Shown here piece after piece: positions 1 to 10,666 of a stretch of DNA of 64,000 nucleotides; position 1 is the first letter of the stretch; each line of letters starts with the position of its first letter. The notes beneath the pieces were generated by a model. It saw only the letters and a program-made list of their open reading frames with translations, had not been told where the DNA came from and made no database searches. Origin of the DNA: an uncultured Desulfobacter sp. (GTDB lineage Bacteria; Desulfobacterota; Desulfobacteria; Desulfobacterales; Desulfobacteraceae); NCBI GenBank assembly GCA_963665095.1, contig OY762069.1, positions 4,608,001-4,672,000 on the forward strand. The letters are read 5' to 3'. Both the position numbers and the translations under genes were made by a program.

Positions 1-1421
1 ATCGTCACATGGCTGCGCACGGCATTGATCAGATCAAGATCAAATCCCGAATTAGTGCCGTCTTTATCTATGCAGTTTAAAAGAATTTCTCCGGCACCAA
101 GTTCCTCACATGCCGTTGCCAGGGCAACCGCATCAAGATCCATGGCCTTGCGCCCGCCGCTGACCGTGCACTGGTACCAGCAGAAAGTTTCGCCATTGGG
201 CCCCGTCTCCCCGGAGGTCACAGGCATGACATGATGCTTTGGGGCATCATCCGCACTTTTAACCCAGACTCTTCTCGGATCAACGGAAATCACCACAGCC
301 TGGGCACCATAAACCCTTGAAATTTCTTCGATGGCTGATTTCCCGGTTTTTTCCCCGGTTTCAAGATATGCCATGGCAATGGTGACCGCATCGGATCCAA
401 TGGAAATCTTGTCTGCACCGGCTCTGAAATACCTGGTTGCGACATCCAGAGAGGAGTAGTGCCGGCCGTCTGTATCGGTGAATTCCCGGATGCCTCCGCC
501 GATGGTCAATGGAACAAACACCTGTTTTGAGGTCTCTTCCAGCACCTGGAGCATGGGCATGTCCTCCAGCGGAAAGTCCCGGAATCCTGTAATATTCAAA
601 AAGGTAATCTCGTCCGCCCCCTGTTCGTAATACTTTTTGGCCAGGGCCACGGGCTTGCCAAGATTTCTGACATTACCCTCTTCCCGGACATCGTACTGGT
701 CCCCTTTGGTGACCACAAGGTCGCCATTATCGTTGGACCGGACATCTAGACAGGCGATCACCCTTTTGGACAGACCTCTGGAGGGAACGTCTGCCGGCCC
801 CCGGGCCCGAAGACTGTCTGAATGAATAAAATTATCCAGCAGTGTCATGCCGGCAGCTCCGCTTTTTTCAGGGTGAAACTGGGTGCCGATGACATTGCCC
901 TGCTGAACAGCCGAGGCATACGGGTAGTCATAGGTGGTAGTGGTGAGCACCACATCAGGGTCGTCAGGTACGATATGGTAAGAATGAACAAAATAAAATT
1001 TGGTATCCGGGTCAACACCGTCAAGAAAAGGGGAATCCTGTTTGATATGAATCCCGTTCCAGCCAATGTGTGGAACAGACAGCTCGGTTCTGAAGCGTTT
1101 GACCCGGCCTTTAAAAAAGGCAATGCTCTCATTGGGAACCAGCTCTTCCTCACTGCCTTCAAAAAGTGCCTGCATGCCCACACAAATCCCTAAAAAGGGT
1201 CTGTCCGCCGCCAGATACTCTCGCAGCGGCGCAACAAACCCGCGCTCGTGCAGGATCTCAAGCATGGCTCCATAGTTTCCCACGCCCGGAAAAATAAGTT
1301 TTTCAGCCTTCAGGATATCATCCGGTGTTTCAACCATTTTGACCCGGCCACCCATTTTCTCCACAGCATTGATCAGGCTGCGCACATTGCCGGCCCCATA
1401 GTCTAATACGGTAACTCTCAT
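1..1421 (-). CDS. hisHF: Fused imidazole glycerol phosphate synthase HisH-HisF (His7 type), 3' end outside the window
   Basis: Hand translation from ATG at 1421 (absent from the ORF track): MRVTVLDYGAGNVRS...PGVG...FLGICVGMQ...YFVHSY...QFHPEKSG (glutaminase). It continues in frame into KRVIACLDVRSNDNGDLVVTKGDQYDVRE...FVPLTIGGGIR...GAGEILLNCIDKDG (cyclase). Confidence 0.93.
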   Translation of the reverse strand, partial: MRVTVLDYGAGNVRSLINAVEKMGGRVKMVETPDDILKAEKLIFPGVGNYGAMLEILHERGFVAPLREYLAADRPFLGICVGMQALFEGSEEELVPNESIAFFKGRVKRFRTELSVPHIGWNGIHIKQDSPFLDGVDPDTKFYFVHSYHIVPDDPDVVLTTTTYDYPYASAVQQGNVIGTQFHPEKSGAAGMTLLDNFIHSDSLRARGPADVPSRGLSKRVIACLDVRSNDNGDLVVTKGDQYDVREEGNVRNLGKPVALAKKYYEQGADEITFLNITGFRDFPLEDMPMLQVLEETSKQVFVPLTIGGGIREFTDTDGRHYSSLDVATRYFRAGADKISIGSDAVTIAMAYLETGEKTGKSAIEEISRVYGAQAVVISVDPRRVWVKSADDAPKHHVMPVTSGETGPNGETFCWYQCTVSGGRKAMDLDAVALATACEELGAGEILLNCIDKDGTNSGFDLDLINAVRSHVT

Positions 1422-1538
1422 TCTTTTATTCCAACCACTTTTTATTTAAACCTTTTTACGCTACCCCGCAGCAAAACACCAACTCCCCAGAAACAAAAAA
1501 AGCAGGATAGCCCAATTTCCAACAGGTGTCCACCCGCG

Positions 1539-2918
1539 TTAGAAATCAATGGACCCGGGCGTTCTTGGAAATGCAATCACATCCCGGATATTGGTGATCC
1601 CGGTGATCATCATCAAAAACCGCTCAAACCCCATACCGAACCCTGAATGGGGTACCGTTCCAAACCTGCGGGAGTCCAGGTACCACCAGTAGGCGGATTT
1701 ATCCAACTCCATCTCATCCATCCGGGCTTCCAGCCGGTCCAGGCGCTCTTCCCTCTGGCTGCCCCCAATGAGTTCACCGATGCCCGGCACCAGAAGATCC
1801 ACTGCAGCCACAGTGTTGCCGTCATCATTCATCCGCATGTAAAAAGGTTTGATCTCTTTGGGGTAATCTGTGAGAAACACCGGGGTTTTGCAATACTCCT
1901 CCGCCAGAAACCGCTCATGTTCCGACTGAAGATCAATACCGTATGTAACAGGAAACTCAAAGGTCTGGCCTGATTTTTCCAGAATATTCACGGCTTCAGT
2001 ATATGTCAGCCGGGCAAAGGGTTTATTGACAAGAATCTCCAGCCGGGGGGCCAGTGTCTTATCCACAAACCGTGTAAACAGCCCGAGATCCTCTTCACAA
2101 TCCGCCATGGCTGTTTTGACCAGATGCGTCACCAGCTCCTCAGCATGATCCATGTTGCCGTCAAGGTCGCAGAAAGCCATCTCCGGTTCCAGCATCCAGA
2201 ATTCTGCCACATGGCGGCGGGTATTGGAATTTTCCGCCCTGAAGGCCGGGGAAAAAGTATAGACATCACCAAGCGCCATGGCAAACATTTCAGCAGAGAG
2301 CTGTCCAGACACTGTCAGGTTGGCTTCCTGCCCGAAAAAATCCCTGGAAAAATCCATTTTCCCCTGTTTTTGCACATCTTCCGGATTAAGGCTTGTGACC
2401 CGGAACATCTCCCCGGCCCCTTCACAATCCGAGCCGGTTATCAGAGGGGAGTGCAGGTAAAAAAAGCCTTTTTCACGGTAAAAGGCGTGAATGGCCTGGG
2501 CCATAACAGATCGGATCCTGAATGCAGCCCCGTATTTGTTGGTCCGCGGCCTGAGATGGGCAATGGATCTTAAAAATTCATCCGAATGCCGCTTTTTCTG
2601 CAGGGGGTAATCTTCCGGGGCAAAGCTGATTACCTCAAGTGAGGTTGCCTTAATTTCCCATTTCTGGCCCTTGCCCGGGGACTCTGCCAGATGCCCTGCC
2701 ACACTAATGGCCGAGCCGGTGGTCAGCTTTTCCACCTGGCTGTAATTGGCCAGACTGTTTTCAGCGATCACCTGGATATTGGAAAGGGTTGAACCGTCAT
2801 TGAGTTCAAGAAAAGAAAACTCTTTTGAGTCCCGTCTTGTCCTCACCCAGCCCTGTACAAAAACCTCCCCCGGGGAGGCCGTCATCTTCAGAAGTACCTT
2901 GATCTTGGTTCTTTTCAT
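1539..2918 (-). CDS. asnS: Asparagine--tRNA ligase
   Basis: GWVRTRR OB fold, LTVSGQL, FRAENSNTRRH, GELIGGSQREER, PHSGFGMGFER. Confidence 0.97.
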   Translation of the reverse strand: MKRTKIKVLLKMTASPGEVFVQGWVRTRRDSKEFSFLELNDGSTLSNIQVIAENSLANYSQVEKLTTGSAISVAGHLAESPGKGQKWEIKATSLEVISFAPEDYPLQKKRHSDEFLRSIAHLRPRTNKYGAAFRIRSVMAQAIHAFYREKGFFYLHSPLITGSDCEGAGEMFRVTSLNPEDVQKQGKMDFSRDFFGQEANLTVSGQLSAEMFAMALGDVYTFSPAFRAENSNTRRHVAEFWMLEPEMAFCDLDGNMDHAEELVTHLVKTAMADCEEDLGLFTRFVDKTLAPRLEILVNKPFARLTYTEAVNILEKSGQTFEFPVTYGIDLQSEHERFLAEEYCKTPVFLTDYPKEIKPFYMRMNDDGNTVAAVDLLVPGIGELIGGSQREERLDRLEARMDEMELDKSAYWWYLDSRRFGTVPHSGFGMGFERFLMMITGITNIRDVIAFPRTPGSIDF

Positions 2919-3001
2919 TGCAATTTCCGTATAAAAATTCTATAGTTATTGATTTTTTAGTAAACACAGACAAATAATTAAACCATAGAAAAATCAGTAT
3001 C

Positions 3002-5524
3002 ATGCACAAACAAAATTATCAATATATCCTTAACCGGGTGCAGACTCCGACCCGGTATTCCGGCAATGAAATCAATGCCGTAAAAAAAAATCATGATGAT
3101 GTCCAACTGACCTTTGCACTGGCCTTTCCTGACCTGTATGAAATCGGGACCTCTCACTTTGGCCTTCAGATCCTTTACTCCATCCTAAATGCCAGGCAGG
3201 ACATCGCGGCCGAACGATTTTTTACCCCTGCCCCGGATATGGAGGCCCTGATGCGGGAAAGACAGGTACCCTGCCTTTCCATGGAGACCCGGACCCCTAT
3301 GCGCAAGTTTGATATCATCGGGGTCAGCCTGCTGTATGAACTTAATTTTACCAATATTCTGACCCTGTTTGATCTTTCCGGCATCCCTTTTTATGCAGAC
3401 CAGCGGGACGACAGCTACCCCCTGATCATTGCCGGAGGCCCCTGCGCCTTTAACCCGGAGCCCCTGGCTGATTTTTTTGACGCCTTTGTCATTGGTGACG
3501 GAGAAGAGACAATCACCCAGGTGGCTGATGCGGTAATCGCATTCAAACAGGAAGGGGATAAAAAAAAAACAACCCTTCTGAAGCAGCTTTCTCAAATCCA
3601 GGGGGTCTATGTTCCCTCCTTTTTCACAGCGTCCCGGGATGCAGCCGGCTGCCAGATTCTCACACCGAACTGCCAGGACCATAGCCGCATCCGACGGGCC
3701 ATTGTGCCGGAACTGACCCTGGCCCATTTTCCCATAGCCCCCATTGTGCCATACGCCAAGCCGGTCCATGACCGCCTGCGCCTGGAAATTGCCCGGGGAT
3801 GTTCCAGGGGGTGCCGGTTCTGCCAGGCCGGGATGATCTACCGGCCGGTGCGGGAGCGAAGCCTGAAAGACCTTATGGATATAACCCATGCCTCCCTGGC
3901 TGCCACGGGATATTCAGACATTTCACTTCTCTCCTTAAGTACCGGAGATTATTCTGAACTTTCCGTATTAATGGAAGCACTGCTTGCAGCCAGCACCGGC
4001 CAGTGCAATGCCATCTCCCTTCCCTCCATCCGGGCTGAAAAACTGACCCCCCGGCTGATGGAACTGATTAAAAGCGTACGCAAAACAGGATTTACCATCG
4101 CCCCGGAGGCCGGCACCCAGCGCCTGCGTGACATTATCAACAAAAACCTGACCGAAGAGAGTATTGCCAAAACCGTTGAAAATGCTCTGGCTTTGGGCTG
4201 GAAAAATATCAAACTGTACTTTATGACAGGCCTGCCCTTTGAGCAGATGGCGGATATCCAGGGAATTGCCGACCTCTCCCGGCGGCTGGCATCGGCCCAT
4301 GCCAAAGGAAAACAGATGATCCATGTCTCGGCCACCTGTTTTATCCCCAAAGCCCATACCCCGTTCCAGCGCCATGCCCAGATGCATTTGGAGGAGACCC
4401 TTGAAAAACTGCAGTTTCTGAAAGACAATTTAAGACATCCAAAGGTCAAGTTGAAATGGCAGGACCCGAAAATGAGCCTTCTGGAAGGTGTCTGGGCCAG
4501 AGGAGACCGCAGAATTGCACCGTTACTGGTTAAAGCATATGAACTTGGCTGCCGCCTGGACGGGTGGAGCGACCATTTTAACTTTAATCTGTGGGAAGCG
4601 GCGTTTGACGCCACAGGTATTGATCCGGCCTTCTATACCTCACGGCCGCGCACACCGGAGGAACCCCTGCCATGGGATCACATTGATTCGGGCATTAAGG
4701 CACAGTTTCTGGAAAATGAATTTAAAAAAGCAGAAAAGATGGCCCTGACACCGGACTGCCGGGAAACCAGCTGCACAGGATGCGGAATCTGCGATTTTAA
4801 AACCATCCAGCCGGTAATACAAAATAGTAGTGAGAACCATCAGGATTCAAACCTGCCCAAAAAAACAGAAGCACCTTCTCAGCCATCCCCTTTCTCAGAC
4901 GAGGCCTTTATCAAGTATGAAATCAGGTTTTCAAAACTGGATGACGCCCGCTTTTTCGGCCATCTTGAAATGGCCACCATTTTTGAAAGGGCCGTGAAGC
5001 GTGCAGGCCTTGCCGCGAAATATTCCAGAGGATTCAACCCTGCCATGCGTATCTCTTTTGATACAGCCCTGCCTTTAGGCATGGAAAGTGAAGATGAAAT
5101 CCTCTACATCTACTTTGAAAAAGGGAAAAAACCTGAAAAGATCATGGCAGCCCTGAATGCTCAGTTGCCGGAAGGATTCCGTGTTACCACAAGCCTGCTT
5201 TATTCCAAAAAGCGACAGATAAAAAAACCGGACCAGGCGTACCAGGTTTTTTTTAATACGCCTTGTATCAGCCAGCCCGATATAGACCGGTTTCTGGATT
5301 TGTCTGAATTTCTGGTTGAAGATATCAGCAAAAAAGGTAAAATCCGTAAGACGGATTTGCGAAAAACACTTTCATCCATCCAGCTGACCGCACCGGACAA
5401 CCTGGAAATGACGCTGACACCTTACAATGAGCGGACCGTTAGGCCCTCAGAAATTTTAACCAAAGGGTTTGGGCTGGATGAGGCCGTTATCCACGATGCG
5501 AGAATAAAAAAACTCAAAATGTAA
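3002..5524 (+). CDS. B12-binding-domain-type radical SAM protein (TIGR03960-like) fused to a radical-SAM-linked DUF2344/TIGR03936-like domain
   Basis: FPDLYEIGTSH, RGCSRGCRFC (CxxxCxxC), TIAPEAG, CRETSCTGCGIC, and C-terminal FSK..ARFFGHLE..YSRGFNP..ALPLGMES. Confidence 0.88.
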   Translation: MHKQNYQYILNRVQTPTRYSGNEINAVKKNHDDVQLTFALAFPDLYEIGTSHFGLQILYSILNARQDIAAERFFTPAPDMEALMRERQVPCLSMETRTPMRKFDIIGVSLLYELNFTNILTLFDLSGIPFYADQRDDSYPLIIAGGPCAFNPEPLADFFDAFVIGDGEETITQVADAVIAFKQEGDKKKTTLLKQLSQIQGVYVPSFFTASRDAAGCQILTPNCQDHSRIRRAIVPELTLAHFPIAPIVPYAKPVHDRLRLEIARGCSRGCRFCQAGMIYRPVRERSLKDLMDITHASLAATGYSDISLLSLSTGDYSELSVLMEALLAASTGQCNAISLPSIRAEKLTPRLMELIKSVRKTGFTIAPEAGTQRLRDIINKNLTEESIAKTVENALALGWKNIKLYFMTGLPFEQMADIQGIADLSRRLASAHAKGKQMIHVSATCFIPKAHTPFQRHAQMHLEETLEKLQFLKDNLRHPKVKLKWQDPKMSLLEGVWARGDRRIAPLLVKAYELGCRLDGWSDHFNFNLWEAAFDATGIDPAFYTSRPRTPEEPLPWDHIDSGIKAQFLENEFKKAEKMALTPDCRETSCTGCGICDFKTIQPVIQNSSENHQDSNLPKKTEAPSQPSPFSDEAFIKYEIRFSKLDDARFFGHLEMATIFERAVKRAGLAAKYSRGFNPAMRISFDTALPLGMESEDEILYIYFEKGKKPEKIMAALNAQLPEGFRVTTSLLYSKKRQIKKPDQAYQVFFNTPCISQPDIDRFLDLSEFLVEDISKKGKIRKTDLRKTLSSIQLTAPDNLEMTLTPYNERTVRPSEILTKGFGLDEAVIHDARIKKLKM

Positions 5525-5546
5525 ATATAAACCCTAAGGATATACC

Positions 5547-7121
5547 ATGCTCAAGGAACTTGTTGTAAATTGGGCCCCCCATGAGACCCGGGTGGCCCTT
5601 CTGGAAAACGGCACCATTGCAGAAGTTTTTATTGAACGCAGGGATGAAACAAGCATTGCCGGAAATATTTATAAAGGCCGGGTCCAGCGGGTGTTGCCGG
5701 GTATGCAGGCCGCATTCGTAGACATTGGATTTGACCAGGCCGCATTTATTTATGTGGATGATGTGCTGGATTCAGCCAGTCTTAAGTTGTGCAAGCAGTT
5801 TGAACAGGACGCTTACAGTGATGACGACCGTGAAGAAGGCAGCATGGATGTCGGCCGTCTTGAAGATGAATCTGAATCCTGGGAACCAATGGCACCGGAC
5901 TGTGCCATTGAAGGGCTTTTAACCGAGGGGCAGGAAATACTGGTCCAGGTGGCAAAATCCTCCATCGGTTCCAAAGGCCCCAGGGTCACCACCCATATCT
6001 CCCTGGCCGGCAGGTATATGGTGCTTATGCCCACTGTGGATCATATCGGTATTTCCAGACGAATCACAGACGAGACCGAGCGTACCCGTCTCAAGGAGAT
6101 GCTGCTTAAAATACGAAAAAGCAATTTCGGATACATATTCAGAACCCAGGCCAGGGATATTGATGAAGCCACTTTGACCAAGGAGCTGGAATTCTTAAAC
6201 AACACCTGGCAGGACATCCAGGATAAAAGCCAGACCCTTTCCGCCACCGCCCTGATTTACAAAGACCTGAATGCCACATTCCGCGCGGTCAGAGATCTGC
6301 TTGCCAATGAGGCGGACAAACTTATCATTGATTCCAGAGAAGAATACGATAATGTCCAGAATTTTCTAAAAAAGCTGATGCCAGACGTCAACCTTTCCGT
6401 TGAACTGTACGAAGGAAAGGAATCCATATTCGACGCATATAATATCGAAGGAGACATCACCCGGGCATTAAAAAAGAAGGTCTGGCTAAAATCCGGCGGC
6501 TATATTGTTATTGAGCAGACAGAGGCTCTGGTGGCCATTGATGTGAACACAGGCAGGTATGTGGGCAAGCGCAATTTTGATGAAACCATCCTTAAAACCA
6601 ACCTGGAAGCGGTAAAGGAAATCGCCTACCAGGTCCGGCTGCGCAACATCGGCGGTATCATTATTATTGATTTTATCGACATGCGTAAAAACTCCCACAA
6701 GGAAAAGGTCATGGCCCAGCTGCACGAAGCAGTGAAAAAAGACAAGAGCCAGACAAACATCCTGCCCCTCACCGAGCTGGGCCTGGTCCAGATGACGCGC
6801 AAGCGCACCCGGCGCAACCTGACCCGGACCTTGTGCGAGCCCTGTTTTTACTGCAACGGCAACGGATACCTGCTGTCCGGCAAATCCATCTGTTACAAAA
6901 TTTACAGAGATCTGATCTCAGAGGCTAAAGACATGATGGGAAATCAGTTTACCGTCAAAGTACACCCTGAAATCGCCCAGCTCCTTCATGGCAGTGAAAA
7001 TCATCTGCTGGTCGGTCTTGAATCCAGATTCTCAAAGCCTATTGCCATTTATCCGGAACCCCATTATCACATTGAGGAGTACCATATCTTTGAATCCCTG
7101 ACACCAAGACCTGGAAATTGA
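5547..7121 (+). CDS. rng: Ribonuclease G/E family
   Basis: GNIYKGRVQRVLPGMQAAFVDIG, IDVNTG, RLRNIGGIIIIDFIDM, CFYCNG zinc link. Confidence 0.95.
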   Translation: MLKELVVNWAPHETRVALLENGTIAEVFIERRDETSIAGNIYKGRVQRVLPGMQAAFVDIGFDQAAFIYVDDVLDSASLKLCKQFEQDAYSDDDREEGSMDVGRLEDESESWEPMAPDCAIEGLLTEGQEILVQVAKSSIGSKGPRVTTHISLAGRYMVLMPTVDHIGISRRITDETERTRLKEMLLKIRKSNFGYIFRTQARDIDEATLTKELEFLNNTWQDIQDKSQTLSATALIYKDLNATFRAVRDLLANEADKLIIDSREEYDNVQNFLKKLMPDVNLSVELYEGKESIFDAYNIEGDITRALKKKVWLKSGGYIVIEQTEALVAIDVNTGRYVGKRNFDETILKTNLEAVKEIAYQVRLRNIGGIIIIDFIDMRKNSHKEKVMAQLHEAVKKDKSQTNILPLTELGLVQMTRKRTRRNLTRTLCEPCFYCNGNGYLLSGKSICYKIYRDLISEAKDMMGNQFTVKVHPEIAQLLHGSENHLLVGLESRFSKPIAIYPEPHYHIEEYHIFESLTPRPGN

Positions 7122-7150
7122 TTGACAATATTAGATATATGAATTAGTAT
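7122..7150 (+). promoter_or_regulatory. sigma70-type promoter for the rpmH cluster
   Basis: TTGACA-N17-TAGTAT, 72 nt upstream of the rpmH ATG. Confidence 0.65.
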
Positions 7151-7222
7151 TTTTTGTTTATTGTGGCCAGTGTGGTCATTTGCAACTGACAAAAACCTGA
7201 CAGGACAAGGAAACAAAAACCC

Positions 7223-7360
7223 ATGAAACGGACTTATCAGCCAAGCAACCGGAAAAGAACCAGAAAACACGGATTCCTGAAAAGAATGTCTACCCCGGGC
7301 GGCAAACGCATTATCAACGCCAGACGTGCCAAGGGAAGAAAAAGACTGACCACGGTGTAA
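7223..7360 (+). CDS. rpmH: 50S ribosomal protein L34
   Basis: Hand translation (below the ORF track cutoff): [45 protein letters not shown]. Confidence 0.97.
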   Translation: MKRTYQPSNRKRTRKHGFLKRMSTPGGKRIINARRAKGRKRLTTV

Positions 7361-7375
7361 CTTCTCAGGGGTTTA

Positions 7376-7723
7376 TTGACTAACTTTTCTTTACCCAAAG
7401 ATGTTCGGCTCCTGAAGCGGGCCGATTTTTTAAAGCTTTCACAACATGGCAGAAAGATACGAACCGGTTATTTTATAGCCGCTGTTTCCAAGGGAACAGA
7501 AAAAAACAATCGAATTGGAATTACCGTATCGAAAAAAGTGGGGAATGCAGTCGCGCGTAACAGAATAAAAAGGCTTATAAGAGAATATTTCAGACACAGG
7601 AAAAATAGTTTACCCGGAACAAACGACATCAGCATTATTGCACGCAAAGGTCTGACAACACTGTCCAATAAACAGATTAATGAAAAGCTTGATAAACTTT
7701 TCCAAAAAATACCATTAGTATAA
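7376..7723 (+). CDS. rnpA: RNase P protein component
   Basis: RIGITVSKKVGNAVARNRIKRLIRE motif; follows rpmH; TTG start. Confidence 0.96.
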   Translation: MTNFSLPKDVRLLKRADFLKLSQHGRKIRTGYFIAAVSKGTEKNNRIGITVSKKVGNAVARNRIKRLIREYFRHRKNSLPGTNDISIIARKGLTTLSNKQINEKLDKLFQKIPLV

Positions 7724-7936
7724 ATGATCAGACAGCTGTTAACCATATTGATCAGATTTTATCAGATTTTTATATCTCCGCTTTTAGGGACCCATTGCAG
7801 ATATGAACCAACATGTTCTGCCTATGCCCTTGAAGCGGTTAATAAATACGGCAGTATTAAAGGTGGCGCCATGGCATTGAAACGCATTCTGCGCTGCCAC
7901 CCGTTCCGACCCGGCGGCTATGATCCGGTTCCTTAA
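7724..7936 (+). CDS. yidD: Membrane protein insertion efficiency factor
   Basis: YQ..ISPL...[10 protein letters not shown]...RILRCHP...GGYDPVP. Confidence 0.96.
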   Translation: MIRQLLTILIRFYQIFISPLLGTHCRYEPTCSAYALEAVNKYGSIKGGAMALKRILRCHPFRPGGYDPVP

Positions 7937-8020
7937 ATCGCCTTTTAGAACAAACTGTTAGCCATCTTCTGCATCCCTCTTCTTTAAATTTAGACATTTT
8001 GCTTTTTATTAGGAGAGAAG

Positions 8021-9697
8021 ATGGACGAGCAAAAACGATTATTACTCGCTGTGGTGCTGTCAATTATAGTCCTGTTGGGCTACCAGTATTTTTTTGCACC
8101 CGCTCCCCAGCCTGATAATCCCGCCCAAAATACCCCCTCCCAGGCCCAGCAGGAAACCAGCCAGAACGGTTCTCCAAAGGTATCGGATTATACCCCTCAG
8201 ACAGCGCCAGCACAAGCTAAGACACCCCCGGCAGACACCAGAGAATTTCGGACCATCACCTTATCCACGCCACTGTATACCATTGCGCTCAGCGAGCATC
8301 TGGCCACCGTCACCAGCCTGACGCTGAAAGATTACAAGGAGACCATGGCTGAGGACTCTGCCCAGAAACAGCTGGTCTCTAAGGAACTTGCAGACCAAAC
8401 TGGCGGGGTTTTTACCCTGGATACGGAACAGGGCAGCATCAGGGGCCTGAACGATGCGGTTTACTCCTCAGACACTCCCGAAACGGCTCTGACGCTGAAT
8501 GAAGGAGAAAAAACCATTACCTTCTCCTGGACTAATCCAGACGGAATCACGGTCAAAAAGGTGCTTACATTCAAAGCAGATACCTACCTGATCCATTGCG
8601 ACATCCTGGTTCAGAACGGATCAAACATGCCTGTCAATGACAGCATGATTATCAGCGTACCAGGATATTTTCCTGAAGAGGCCAAGCACCGTTCACGGTT
8701 TGCCTTTGAGGGCCCGGTGGCCTACCTTGACAGCTCCTTTACCACCATCAAGCCGGATGACATTGAAGACAAAGATACGTACACCGGCACTGTGGACTGG
8801 GCCGGTTACACCACCCGGTATTTTCTGACGGCTGTGTCACCGGACGTACCGGAATCCGCCACGTTAAAACTCTCCTTTGCCAATGAAGTCGTGACCAGCC
8901 GGCTCATAGCCAAAATGCCCCGCCTTGACCCCGAAAAGCAAAACCGTTATGCCTGCACCCTTTACATGGGCCCGAAAAGCCATAAAATTTTGAGTCAGTA
9001 TGACAATCTGCTGAAAAAAGCCGTAAATTTTGGATTTTTCGATATTCTGGCAAAGCCGCTGCTTATCGGCATGAACTTTATCCATGGCATTATTCCCAAC
9101 TACGGGATAGCCATCATTCTTCTGACCGTTATCATAAAGTTGATCTTCTGGCCCCTTGGCACCAAAAGTTACAAGTCCATGAACGAGATGAAAAAGGTGC
9201 AGCCCCTGATGATGGAACTCAGGGAAAAGTACAAGGATGACAAGCAGCGTATGAACCAGGAGATTATGGGCCTTTATAAAACCTACAAGGTCAACCCGGC
9301 GTCAGGCTGCCTGCCCCTGCTGGTTCAGATGCCCATTTTCTTTGCTCTTTACCGCATGCTGTACATGGCCATTGAACTGCGCCATGCCCCATTTATTGGA
9401 TGGATCACAGACCTGTCCGGGCCTGACCGCCTGTTTCACTTTAACTTCAGCATTCCATTTATGGAGCCCCCATACGGGATTCCTGTGCTGACCCTGATCA
9501 TGGGTGCATCGTTCCTGATTCAGCAGAAAATGACACCGACTGCCGGTGATCCCATGCAGGCCAAAATGATGATGCTCATGCCCATATTCATGACCGTCCT
9601 GTTTATCAATTTTCCGGCAGGTCTGGTTTTGTACATGTTCGTCAACAACATCATCTCAATGGGCCAGCAGTATTACACACAAAAGATATTAGCCTAA
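8021..9697 (+). CDS. yidC: Membrane protein insertase YidC
   Basis: NYGIAIILLT, GCLPLLVQMPIFFALY, FPAGLVLY; large periplasmic domain. Confidence 0.96.
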   Translation: MDEQKRLLLAVVLSIIVLLGYQYFFAPAPQPDNPAQNTPSQAQQETSQNGSPKVSDYTPQTAPAQAKTPPADTREFRTITLSTPLYTIALSEHLATVTSLTLKDYKETMAEDSAQKQLVSKELADQTGGVFTLDTEQGSIRGLNDAVYSSDTPETALTLNEGEKTITFSWTNPDGITVKKVLTFKADTYLIHCDILVQNGSNMPVNDSMIISVPGYFPEEAKHRSRFAFEGPVAYLDSSFTTIKPDDIEDKDTYTGTVDWAGYTTRYFLTAVSPDVPESATLKLSFANEVVTSRLIAKMPRLDPEKQNRYACTLYMGPKSHKILSQYDNLLKKAVNFGFFDILAKPLLIGMNFIHGIIPNYGIAIILLTVIIKLIFWPLGTKSYKSMNEMKKVQPLMMELREKYKDDKQRMNQEIMGLYKTYKVNPASGCLPLLVQMPIFFALYRMLYMAIELRHAPFIGWITDLSGPDRLFHFNFSIPFMEPPYGIPVLTLIMGASFLIQQKMTPTAGDPMQAKMMMLMPIFMTVLFINFPAGLVLYMFVNNIISMGQQYYTQKILA

Positions 9698-9706
9698 GGA
9701 GGAGAC

Positions 9707-10666
9707 ATGAACCAACCTCTTGAATTTACAGGAAAAGACGTCAACCTGGCTGTTGAGAAAGCCTGCAAGGAACTTAAACTGGCCAAAAAAGAACTGAAGT
9801 ATGATGTCATTTCCACCGGGACCTCCGGTATTTTTGGCATTGTGGGCCGTAAAGATGCCCGTATCCGGGTAACGGTTCCCAAAGCGCAAACTAAAAAAAC
9901 AACTGAGGATAAAGAAGGAATTCTTTCCATTGTGGATGAGGCTTTTGGTCAGGACACTCGGATTGAACCCAAAAAACCGGCACCAGCACCTAAAAAAGCA
10001 GCGCCCATTCCAGCACCTGAACAGGAAACGGATGAAACCGACACAGAGTTATGGTCTGATGAACCTGATGTGGACAGCGATGACGATTATGAAGATGAAG
10101 ATACCGGCCGCTGGGATGCCCACCCGGCACCAAGATCGGGAGAGCCTGATGTGGAAGAGCTTCCGCCGGTACCTGTATCCCAGGCATCCATTGATTTAGG
10201 GGTTGAAGCCGTGCAGAAAATGGCAGACCTGATAACAGAGGATGCCCATGTAGACGCTGTCACCCAGGAGGACAGGCTGACCCTTCAGATCACGGGGGGA
10301 AACACCGGCATCCTTATCGGACGCAAGGGCCAGACCCTTGATGCCATGCAGTTTCTTGCAGATAAAATCATCAACCGTCAAAGCGAGGCACGGGTACGGG
10401 TTAAAGTCGACATTGAAGGCTATATGGAAACCCGGAAAGCCAATTTAAGGCACCTGGCCCTGAAAATGGCGGAAAAAGCAAAAAAGACCGGTCGGCCGGC
10501 CACCATCAACCAGATGAGCGCCCAGGACCGCCGCATTGTGCACCTGGCTCTGAAAGAGGATTCCCAGGTCCGGACCCAGAGTATGGGAGACGGGTATTAC
10601 AGACGGCTGGTAATTTTCCCGAAAAAACGTAACAGTTTCAGGGGAAAGAAACGGTTCAAAAAATAA
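9707..10666 (+). CDS. jag: RNA-binding protein Jag/EloR/KhpB
   Basis: Jag_N, acidic linker, KH domain (LIGRKGQTLDAMQ), R3H domain (RRIVH). Confidence 0.93.
   Translation: MNQPLEFTGKDVNLAVEKACKELKLAKKELKYDVISTGTSGIFGIVGRKDARIRVTVPKAQTKKTTEDKEGILSIVDEAFGQDTRIEPKKPAPAPKKAAPIPAPEQETDETDTELWSDEPDVDSDDDYEDEDTGRWDAHPAPRSGEPDVEELPPVPVSQASIDLGVEAVQKMADLITEDAHVDAVTQEDRLTLQITGGNTGILIGRKGQTLDAMQFLADKIINRQSEARVRVKVDIEGYMETRKANLRHLALKMAEKAKKTGRPATINQMSAQDRRIVHLALKEDSQVRTQSMGDGYYRRLVIFPKKRNSFRGKKRFKK

Noticed and set aside
2059..2067. DnaA box TTATCCACA implying oriC near rpmH
   Set aside because: A single copy inside asnS, with no cluster and no dnaA.
3560..3569. A10 homopolymer as a phase-variation site
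   Set aside because: An in-frame Lys run in a probable core gene; A runs are common throughout the window.
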